From Candidatus Multivoradales bacterium (GTDB taxonomy: Bacteria > Acidobacteriota > Thermoanaerobaculia > Multivoradales > Multivoraceae), in NCBI GenBank assembly GCA_965223325.1, contig CBDCWI010000002.1, positions 736,001 through 800,000 of the forward strand: 64,000 nucleotides of DNA, read 5' to 3'. The notes under the pieces are model-generated. The model was not told the DNA's origin. It searched no databases and saw only the letters and a program-made list of their open reading frames with translations. Shown here in pieces: positions 29,588-37,802 of this stretch (position 1 is its first letter; every line of letters starts with the position of its first letter). Both the position numbers and the translations under genes were made by a program.

Positions 29588-30487
29588 ATGACTGAGTCCT
29601 TGACCCGTCGAGACCTGCTCAAGACCGCTTCGGCCGCCTCGGCTGCCGGAGTTCTCGCCGGCGGTGCCACCTCGGTGCTTTCGGCTCCGGTTTCCCCTGA
29701 AGAGACCGGCGCGATCGAGCGCGTTATCGAGAACGACCGCATCAAACAGTCGGTCTGTCGTTGGTGCTACATGCGCACGCCACTGCCGGAACTTGCGGCT
29801 GCCGCCAAAGCAATCGGCCTGCGCTCGATCGAGCTGGTAGGCCCGAACGACTTCGAGACCCTGCGCCAGTTCGGGCTTACCGCAGCGGTACTCAACACGC
29901 ACAGCATCGAGAAGGGTCTCAACGACCCTGCCCACCACGAGGCCTGCCTCAACGCGATCCGCACCAGCCTCGAAGCCGCAAAGGGCTTCGGCGCGCCCAA
30001 CGTGATCACCTTCTCGGGCAACCGGAACGGCAAGTCTGACGAGGAGGGCCTCGAAAACTGCACCAAGGCGCTCAAACAGGTCGTCGGCGAAGCCGAGAAG
30101 CTCGGCGTGACGATCGTGATGGAGCTCCTCAACAGCCGCGTCGATCATGCCGACTACCAGGCAGACAGCACACCTTTCGGTGTCGAGCTGGTCGAACGCG
30201 TTGGCTCAGAACGATTCAAACTGCTCTACGACATCTACCACCTGCAGATCATGGAAGGCGACGTCATTCGCACGATCCGCGACCACCACGAGGCCATTGG
30301 CCACTACCACACCGCTGGTGTTCCGGGTCGCCACGAGCTCGACGAGAATCAGGAACTGCAGTACCCGGCGATTGTGCGCGCCATCATCGACACCGGCTAC
30401 GAGGGCTACCTCGGCCAGGAGTTCATTCCCGCCGGCGACGACGCACTCCGCAGTCTGGCGCACGGCGTGCGGGTCTGCGACGTCTAG
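29588..30487 (+). CDS. Tat-exported hydroxypyruvate isomerase-like TIM barrel protein
   Basis: TRRDLLK Tat motif; ELLNS, LYDIYH, HYHTAGVPGRHE and GQEF. Confidence 0.9.
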   Translation: MTESLTRRDLLKTASAASAAGVLAGGATSVLSAPVSPEETGAIERVIENDRIKQSVCRWCYMRTPLPELAAAAKAIGLRSIELVGPNDFETLRQFGLTAAVLNTHSIEKGLNDPAHHEACLNAIRTSLEAAKGFGAPNVITFSGNRNGKSDEEGLENCTKALKQVVGEAEKLGVTIVMELLNSRVDHADYQADSTPFGVELVERVGSERFKLLYDIYHLQIMEGDVIRTIRDHHEAIGHYHTAGVPGRHELDENQELQYPAIVRAIIDTGYEGYLGQEFIPAGDDALRSLAHGVRVCDV

Positions 30488-30499
30488 AGAGCCGGTGGC

Positions 30500-31213
30500 T
30501 CAGGTTTCGTACTCGTCGTGGCGCTTGACCCACGACTGACCGAAGGCCAGGTCCGCCTCGTCGCGGCCCTTCGGCAGGAGATCGATGGTGTGGTACGCAC
30601 CGTTCAAACGGTCGAGTCCGCGGGCGTAGGTCGAGTAGGCGTGAAACACCCTCCCGTCGCGCGTTGCAAAGACCGAGACCCCAGGCCACTCTCCCGGCCG
30701 CTCGGCCCGTCGATAGTTGTACTGAACTTCGCCCGCTTCGATCTCCTCCGCGCTGAAGGTGACCCCATAGTCCTGGTTGAACGAAGAGCGGCCTGACGAC
30801 AGCCACGGGAAGCTCCAGCCCATGCGCTCACGGTACGCCAGCAGGGTCTCGAGTGGCGCAGTCGATATGGCGACAAAACGCGCGTCGCGTTGTTCGACAT
30901 GCACCCGAAAGGCGTCGAAGCCATCAGCCCAGAACGAACAGCTCGGGCACCCGGCTTGCCAGTCGGCACCGAACATGAAGTGCTGGACGATCAGCTGGCT
31001 CTTGTCGCCGAAGAGATCCGCAAGCGACACTTCGCCGTCTTCACCATCGAAAACGTAGGGTTCTGTCACCTCGACCCAGGGCAAGGCGCGCAGCTCGGCG
31101 GCAAGCGCGTCGCGCTGTCTGTCGAACGCCTTTTCTCTGACCAGCAGGGCACGCCGAGCGGCAAGCCATTCCTCGCGCGAGACGACGTTCGGGTGGTGGG
31201 GGGTTTTGGACAT
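30500..31213 (-). CDS. DUF899 thioredoxin-like protein
   Basis: VSREEWLAARRALL, HFMFG, GCPSCS and YSTYARG. Confidence 0.92.
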   Translation of the reverse strand: MSKTPHHPNVVSREEWLAARRALLVREKAFDRQRDALAAELRALPWVEVTEPYVFDGEDGEVSLADLFGDKSQLIVQHFMFGADWQAGCPSCSFWADGFDAFRVHVEQRDARFVAISTAPLETLLAYRERMGWSFPWLSSGRSSFNQDYGVTFSAEEIEAGEVQYNYRRAERPGEWPGVSVFATRDGRVFHAYSTYARGLDRLNGAYHTIDLLPKGRDEADLAFGQSWVKRHDEYET

Positions 31214-31329
31214 CTCACTTCTCCTCGTTGACATGAAGACGGTCGGGGCGATGCCTCTCCTCAGTCATGACGAACGACAACAAGAGCACTCGACAGCAGG
31301 CGGCGACATTCCTTCCAGCCGCCTTTGAC

Positions 31330-32610
31330 TCAGGCGACCTCCTTGTCGTAGCCCGTCTCGTCGCGAAAAAAGGCCGCAAACCCGAGCATGGTGACGAGCG
31401 CAGCAACCGACAACGCCCCCCACAGGCCGGTGTAGTTGACCGGCAGACCACCGGTGCCCGGGAACATGTCGACCAGTACCTTGACCGCCAGGCTGGCGGC
31501 CACCGGCCCGACACCGAGGATGATGATGCCGAAGACGGTCTGTGCCGAAGCGCGCACGTCTTCGGGCGCGATGCGATCGACGTAGATGAAAGCGGCGGCA
31601 AAGAAGCAGGCATAGCAGAGACCGTGCAGGGCCTGGCTGGCGACAATCACTTCGGCCGGCAGGGAGCTGGCAAAGATGGCGTAACGCACCACATACGCCA
31701 GGCAGCCGAGGGCAATCACCCAGCGGAACCCGAGCCGGCGCAGCAGCCAGCCGGTCGCGACCATGACCGCAATCTCGGCGAACTGGCCAATGGTCATCGC
31801 CGGACCGATCTGAGAGTCTCGGAGGCCGACGACGTTCGAGAAGAAGGGCGCCGTTTGCATGAAATAGACCTGGTGGATGATCGAGATCGGCAGACTGGCG
31901 AGCACCAGGACCAGCAGCGAGCGTTTGCGCAGCAGAGCAAAAGCCGCCTTCCACGCCAGCGGTTCCGCGGCATCGGTACGCGGTGGCGTGTGCGGCAGGA
32001 AGAGTGCGAAGACCGCGAACAGAATCGAGATCACGCCACTGGCAATCAGTGCGTCGCCGAGACGCCCGGTGACGTTGGCGACCTCAGTGCCGCCGTAGAA
32101 CGGCGGCATCCACTGGAAGTGGACATCTCTGAGGAGCCAGAACAGCGGAAACAACCAGCTGGCGGCGATCCACCCGATGGTTCCCCAGACCCGCACGTAG
32201 GGGAAACCGCGGTCGGGATTCTCGAGGTGTGCAAAGGCCAGCGAGTTGGTCAGCGAAAGGGTTGGCATGTAGACCACGCTGTAGGCGATCGACAGCCACA
32301 GCCAGGCCGAGAAGGTCGTCTGGTACGCGGTGGCGATCTTGATGATGCCGCCAATCACCAGGAGGCCGGCGAGAAAGCGCTCGGTCGAGAAGCGACGGTC
32401 GGCGAACTGACCAGCGATGAATGGCGCGCTGATGGCTCCGATCGAAGCCGCAATCCCGAGAATCGCCGCCACTTGCGCATTGGTGAAACCCAGACCCCCC
32501 TCGTGGGTGCCGGCCTCGAGGTAGCGCGCCAGAATCGGCATCCAGACACCCCAGACGGCGTACTGGAGAAACATCATCAACGAAAGTCGAGTCCAGGGGG
32601 ATCGCTTCAT
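31330..32610 (-). CDS. MFS nucleoside:H+ symporter (NupG/XapB/YegT family)
   Basis: MMFLQYAVWGVW, YMPTLSL, RVWGTIGW and LPHTPP. Confidence 0.92.
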   Translation of the reverse strand: MKRSPWTRLSLMMFLQYAVWGVWMPILARYLEAGTHEGGLGFTNAQVAAILGIAASIGAISAPFIAGQFADRRFSTERFLAGLLVIGGIIKIATAYQTTFSAWLWLSIAYSVVYMPTLSLTNSLAFAHLENPDRGFPYVRVWGTIGWIAASWLFPLFWLLRDVHFQWMPPFYGGTEVANVTGRLGDALIASGVISILFAVFALFLPHTPPRTDAAEPLAWKAAFALLRKRSLLVLVLASLPISIIHQVYFMQTAPFFSNVVGLRDSQIGPAMTIGQFAEIAVMVATGWLLRRLGFRWVIALGCLAYVVRYAIFASSLPAEVIVASQALHGLCYACFFAAAFIYVDRIAPEDVRASAQTVFGIIILGVGPVAASLAVKVLVDMFPGTGGLPVNYTGLWGALSVAALVTMLGFAAFFRDETGYDKEVA

Positions 32611-32995
32611 CACACGTCCTTGGCGAGGGGTTCTGTCTTTCACACAGGGAATGCGGCGCTCATAGTAGCCCGTCGCGCGTGCTTTCCCAGAACCCGACCG
32701 GCCGGTCGGTTGGAATGCCAGACTCAGTCCTTGCTCAGTTCCCGAACCCGGGTAACATGTCTGACACTGTTTCAACAGAACATCTTTTGACGGATCGGCC
32801 GACCGCCGGTTCGGGTCCCCGGACTTTCGTGGCTGAAATGGGGGAGGGACCGAAGGGGAGACGGCGAACAGAGCCGGCGAGGGGGTGCCTCTCCATCTGG
32901 CAACCGTTTCCTGAGCGACCCTCGTGGTCGAGGTGTGGACTTCGTTAGACCCGCGCAACAGGGAACGTCCCGCAACAGGGACAGGAGAGAACCAC

Positions 32996-35593
32996 ATGGC
33001 AGAGACCCCCCCGGACACGACACCCACCCCGCGCTCGCTGAGGCTCCCCACCGGCAGCCTGTTGCTGGCGCTCCTCATCGCCTTCGCTCCTGGCCTCCTT
33101 GCCCAACAAAACGACGCCCCGGTGCGCACCCAGCTACAGCGCGCCATCGGCGACGCGTTCACCCAGAGCGCCCACGCCCGCTCGCTCAACCGTGGCCCCG
33201 GCAAGACCGAAGGGGTCTCGATCCTGCTCGAAGCCGGTGCCGTCTTGCACGACGACGTCGTGCGCGCCCAGAATGGCGCGGTCAGAAACGCCGCCCTCGA
33301 CATGTTCGACTTCGTCGGCGCCTACGGCGACATCGCCCATTCCGACCTCAACCGCGCCCTGCCCTCGGGCAGCGAAATCTTCGCGCGTGCCCAGGCGCTG
33401 CGCCAGCAACACCGTGCGGTTCCGATCGCGATCGCCGCCCTCGACTACGCCACCTGGGGCGAGCGTGCAGCCGAAATCGGCCGTGACGACGATGGTCGGG
33501 TGGTGCTGCCGGCGACCGCCCCGGGTGTCGAACGCTTCGTAGCGGTCGGCGCGATGGCCGACATGCTGCCGTCCTGGAACCCACGCATCGTCTTTCCTTC
33601 CGCACTCGTCATGCGTCAGGGCAACGACCGAATCACCCACCTCGCGGTGCGTGTCAACGGCTCGTCGTGGCAGCGCACCGCCCTCGACCGGGTCCTGACC
33701 CTCGACCCCGCGACCTTCCGCCGCACACCCCGCGACGGGCGCCAGCTGGTGCTCGATGTTTCGATGCGAGTGAACGGTGAGCGCGTGCGCGCTCGCACCC
33801 GCCTCCGCTGGCGCCAGGGTCCGGCCAGCCAGATGATCGCCCAGGGCGACTCACCCGGTGGCCTGCATGGCCTCGGTTCCCCCAGCCGCGATGACCGCGA
33901 CGACCCCCGCGTTTCCGTCCTCGCGCCGCCCGATGAGGGTTGCCCGGTCACCTGCTACGACATGCCGCAGGTGACCGCAGATTTCGCCTGGCCGCCGAGC
34001 AATGGCCAGCGCGGCAAGATCAACCCACGCATCTACACCTCCTCTGGACGCGTCGAACTCGAAAACGGCCGTCGGGTGCCGAAGCTCAGAAACGTTGTGA
34101 TTGCGGTCGATGGTTTCGACGCCTTCAACACGCGCACCCAGGAAGACGTCTGGTCGGACTTCCAGCGCGGCTTCACCGAGATTCTCGAGTGGGGCTTCGA
34201 CCTCGTCGTCGTCGACTACCACAACGGTCGCGACTACATGCAGAAGAACGGCTACGCGCTTCGCAAGCTCGTCACCGACGTCGTCCCTGGATGGATAGAC
34301 CCGGCGTTCGAGGGTCAGCCGCTGATCGTCATTGGTGGCAGCATGGGCACCCAGACCACGCGCTGGGCGTTGCGCACCGCCGAGCTCGGCTATCCCTGGG
34401 GTGATCCAGTCGATCACAACGTTGGGCTGTGGGTCGCCTTCGATGGTCCCTTCCACGGGGCGAACATCGCGATCGGCAACCAGGCCATCGCCGACTTCCT
34501 CAAAGACGAGTCTGACCTCGGGGTGCTCTTCGAACAGGCGCTCAACAGCCCTGCAGCCCGCCAGCAGATGCCACGCACGCGACTGGTGGGGGCGAAACTG
34601 CCGAAGAAGAAGGACTATCGCCGGGGCAACCCCCTCTTGTCCTGGTACGTTCCCGATCCGCTGCATACCGAGTACTACGACCTGGTGAACCAGCCCTGGT
34701 TCAGGATGCCACAACAGCCGCGCACCGCCAGCATCACCAGTGGCTCCGGTACCGGAACTCTGCAGCTCGAGCCGCCGCATCCGGGCTGGCTCCCCACCTC
34801 GATGCTCAACCGCGTGTTCAAGGACAACATCATCGGGCGCGTCAACATCTGGGCACAAACCGACCACGACAACGGCCACATCTTCCACGGTCATATCCGC
34901 AAGTTCCTCTCCTGGCGCACGCGTGATCTCTACCTCGGGCCGGCCGACTGGCTCGACGTCTCGCCCGGTGATCTGCGATCCACACCTCAGCAGATCGCCG
35001 ATGCCTGGAACAACACCGACGGCACCCTCGGCACCATGGAGGTCCCGCTGCCCGTTCACAGCTTCGTGGGCACGAACAGCGCGCTCTATACCGCTGACCC
35101 GTCGCCCTACTACATCGCCGCTGACGACTCGGGCGTCGATCTGGCGATTCCCTTCGACAACTTCACCTGGGGCAAGTGCAACAACGGGCACGCCAATATC
35201 TCGGGCGAGGCCTTGCGCTTCGTGAAGGAAGAGATCTTCGCCTTCGTCGAGGGTCGTGAGTCGATGCATCCACCGCGCTACTCGGAACCCTGCAATCGGC
35301 CCGAGCCGGTCGACCGTTGCCTCCCCTACGTCGACTGGTTCGCGGACCCGAACGCCCCCGAAGACCTCATCCCCTGGTACGACGGTGCCAACTGCTACGT
35401 CACTCCGGTGCCCTCGGGCGAGCGCGGCTTCGTTGCCGAGAACTCCTACTGGGTCGAGCCGCGTGCCGGCCGCTGCCAGGTAGGGATTCCGCGCTCACAG
35501 GGCGGCAACCCGGCCTGCTTTCTGGGCGAGGCTCCCAGGAACATGCGCGCCTTCCTGTGGCACGGCTCGTTCTACTACGACGGCTGGGACTGA
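32996..35593 (+). CDS. large secreted alpha/beta-hydrolase (PGAP1/lipase-like) with Cys-rich C-terminal domain
   Basis: Signal peptide; VDGFD oxyanion motif, GGSMG nucleophile elbow, DGPFHGANI and LNSPAARQ; WYDGANCYV tail; AGGAG SD. Confidence 0.75.
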   Translation: MAETPPDTTPTPRSLRLPTGSLLLALLIAFAPGLLAQQNDAPVRTQLQRAIGDAFTQSAHARSLNRGPGKTEGVSILLEAGAVLHDDVVRAQNGAVRNAALDMFDFVGAYGDIAHSDLNRALPSGSEIFARAQALRQQHRAVPIAIAALDYATWGERAAEIGRDDDGRVVLPATAPGVERFVAVGAMADMLPSWNPRIVFPSALVMRQGNDRITHLAVRVNGSSWQRTALDRVLTLDPATFRRTPRDGRQLVLDVSMRVNGERVRARTRLRWRQGPASQMIAQGDSPGGLHGLGSPSRDDRDDPRVSVLAPPDEGCPVTCYDMPQVTADFAWPPSNGQRGKINPRIYTSSGRVELENGRRVPKLRNVVIAVDGFDAFNTRTQEDVWSDFQRGFTEILEWGFDLVVVDYHNGRDYMQKNGYALRKLVTDVVPGWIDPAFEGQPLIVIGGSMGTQTTRWALRTAELGYPWGDPVDHNVGLWVAFDGPFHGANIAIGNQAIADFLKDESDLGVLFEQALNSPAARQQMPRTRLVGAKLPKKKDYRRGNPLLSWYVPDPLHTEYYDLVNQPWFRMPQQPRTASITSGSGTGTLQLEPPHPGWLPTSMLNRVFKDNIIGRVNIWAQTDHDNGHIFHGHIRKFLSWRTRDLYLGPADWLDVSPGDLRSTPQQIADAWNNTDGTLGTMEVPLPVHSFVGTNSALYTADPSPYYIAADDSGVDLAIPFDNFTWGKCNNGHANISGEALRFVKEEIFAFVEGRESMHPPRYSEPCNRPEPVDRCLPYVDWFADPNAPEDLIPWYDGANCYVTPVPSGERGFVAENSYWVEPRAGRCQVGIPRSQGGNPACFLGEAPRNMRAFLWHGSFYYDGWD

Positions 35594-35635
35594 CGTCTGC
35601 CGGTAGGGCTGTTTTCTACCACCGTTGATTCCCTG

Positions 35636-35670
35636 AACGGGCGAGCGACAGCTCGCCCGTTTTGTTTTCT
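35636..35670 (+). terminator. intrinsic terminator
   Basis: AACGGGCGAGC-GACA-GCTCGCCCGTT followed by TTGTTTTCT. Confidence 0.9.
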
Positions 35671-35747
35671 TTGTTTCTGTGCTGCCAGGTTTCTATGATG
35701 CCGGGTAACAGACCTTGTCAACTTCCCGCTGGAGACACCGAAGCCCC

Positions 35748-37154
35748 ATGGCCACTGAAACCACGATTCAGTTCGAGACCATCATCGAACCCTTCCGCAT
35801 CAAGGCGGTCGAGCCCATTCGTCAAACCACCGCCGCCGAACGCGCCAAAGCCCTCGCCGCCGCCGGCTACAACCAGTTCAAGTTGAAGGCCGAGGACGTG
35901 TTGATCGACCTGCTGACCGACTCGGGCACCGGCGCCATGTCGTCTTTTCAGTGGGCCGGCATGATGCGTGGCGACGAGTCCTATGCCGGGGCGCGCTCGT
36001 TCTACCGCTTCCTCGAAGCGGTCCAGAAGGTGACCGGCTACGAACACGTCATCCCTACCCATCAAGGGCGCGCCGCCGAGCGCATTCTCTTCGGGGCGCT
36101 CGCCAGTGAAGGCGACCTGGTCCCCAACAACACCCATTTCGACACCACGCGCGCCAATGTCGAGGCGCGCGGCGCCGAAGCGCGCGACATACCGATCGCC
36201 GAGGGCCTGGTGCCAGAGCTCATCCATGACTGGAAGGGCAATATCGACCTCGAGGTTCTCGACCAGCTGCTCTCCGAAGAGGGCGAGAAGGTTCCGGTGG
36301 TCATGCTCACGGTGACGAACAACTCGGGAGGTGGCCAGCCCGTCAGTCTCGAGAACCTTCGGGGAGCGAGCGCAATCTGCAGGAAGCATGAAAAGCCGCT
36401 TTTCCTCGATGCCTGCCGTTTCGCGGAGAACGCGTGGTTCATCAAACAGCGCGAAGCTGGACACCAGGACCGGACGCCCCTCTCGATCGCTCAGGAGATC
36501 TTCTCACTCGCTGACGGGTGCACCATGAGCGCCAAGAAGGACGGCCTGGTCAACATCGGAGGCTTCCTGGCTCTCAATGACCCCGAACTCGCCCAACGCT
36601 GCCGCGACAACCTGATCCTCACCGAGGGCTTCCCCACCTACGGCGGCCTGGCCGGCTACGACCTCGAGGCACTGGCCGTTGGCCTCAACGAAGTACTCGA
36701 TCCAGACTACTTACGCTACCGGATTCAGTCGGTGGCCTACCTCGGCAAGATCCTGACCGAGGCAGGCGTTCCGATCGTGCAGCCTCCCGGGGGCCACGCG
36801 ATCTACATTGACGCACGCGCCATGCTCCCCCACATCGAACCGCTCGCCTACCCGGCCTGGGCCCTGTCGTGTGCTCTCTACCTTCTGGGCGGCATCCGCT
36901 CGGTCGAGATCGGGTCGGTGATGTTCGGCCGCGCGCCAAACGGCACCGAACACCCTGCACCAATGGAGCTCGTGCGGTTGGCCTTCCCGCGCCGCGTTTA
37001 TACCCAGAGCCACGTCGACTACACCGCAGAGGTGGTACTCGCCGCCCACCAGCGCCGGGAGCGGATCTCTGGTATGCGCATCACCGCCAGCCCGCCGGCC
37101 CTGCGCCATTTCTCGGCCGACCTGGAACCGCTGGAGGGCTCGTTGTTGGGCTGA
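35748..37154 (+). CDS. tnaA: tryptophanase (beta-eliminating lyase)
   Basis: EPFRIK, IDLLTDSG, HQGRAAE, MSAKKD (PLP Lys) and C-terminal LRHF (tyrosine phenol-lyase has SGKKD and LRFF). Confidence 0.85.
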   Translation: MATETTIQFETIIEPFRIKAVEPIRQTTAAERAKALAAAGYNQFKLKAEDVLIDLLTDSGTGAMSSFQWAGMMRGDESYAGARSFYRFLEAVQKVTGYEHVIPTHQGRAAERILFGALASEGDLVPNNTHFDTTRANVEARGAEARDIPIAEGLVPELIHDWKGNIDLEVLDQLLSEEGEKVPVVMLTVTNNSGGGQPVSLENLRGASAICRKHEKPLFLDACRFAENAWFIKQREAGHQDRTPLSIAQEIFSLADGCTMSAKKDGLVNIGGFLALNDPELAQRCRDNLILTEGFPTYGGLAGYDLEALAVGLNEVLDPDYLRYRIQSVAYLGKILTEAGVPIVQPPGGHAIYIDARAMLPHIEPLAYPAWALSCALYLLGGIRSVEIGSVMFGRAPNGTEHPAPMELVRLAFPRRVYTQSHVDYTAEVVLAAHQRRERISGMRITASPPALRHFSADLEPLEGSLLG

Positions 37155-37802
37155 GACTGGGCGCAAACGCCGACCAGGAAGCCTCCCCTCTCGATCTGCT
37201 AGTCTCCCGGTGGCAGGAGCATCTATCTCCACCGAACACTGGAAGTCCTTGCTTTCTAGCAACTTGCAGCTCGAGAGGAGTCCGCCACCTGGCGGTGGCT
37301 TCTGCAGAATCGACATGCAACGCGGCCGCCCACCCAGCGACCGACTCGACTTTTCACATCCTCCCCGGAGACCGACGGGGGTTCAAAACCAGACAGCATT
37401 CGACGATGAGCCGGGTCCAGAGCGCGTCGCGCTCCCCGACTCTCCAGACTGCAGTCGCGCAATCGGACCCATCGGTCAACCAACGCCCGGTCATTCAGAA
37501 AGAGACCGCAGGCGACCGGAACGAGGAAATCCGACGCTCGCGTAAGGACGCTCTTTGCGAGACCTCTTTGCAAACGGAACGCGGTCACAAGCAGCACGCC
37601 GGTCGAAGGCCGCAAGCGACGCCGCCTGCCCCGCACCTCCCCCCTGTTCGGGGATCATCCCGTTCAGAGACTGGAGGGCCGGCTCGCCGCATGGCTGCCA
37701 ACCCTGATTCAGTTTGAAGTCCCGGTGCCAGTCGCACCGAGATGAAACTCGCAGTTCAATCTGTCCCTACCGCGCCTCGGTCACCAAGAGGACAACCATC
37801 CA

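Noticed and set aside
31267-32790. Long antisense ORFs (507 aa here; also 25476-26933, 33851-35269, 15339-16598, 58393-59496 and others)
   Set aside because: Shadow ORFs opposite well-supported genes, expected from high GC3 codon bias; they carry no family motifs.
32692-32818. Imperfect inverted repeat (ACCCGACCGGCCGGTCGG vs CCGACCGCCGGTTCGGGT) in the divergent NupG/hydrolase gap
   Set aside because: GC-rich, gapped and single occurrence; insufficient to call an operator or MITE.
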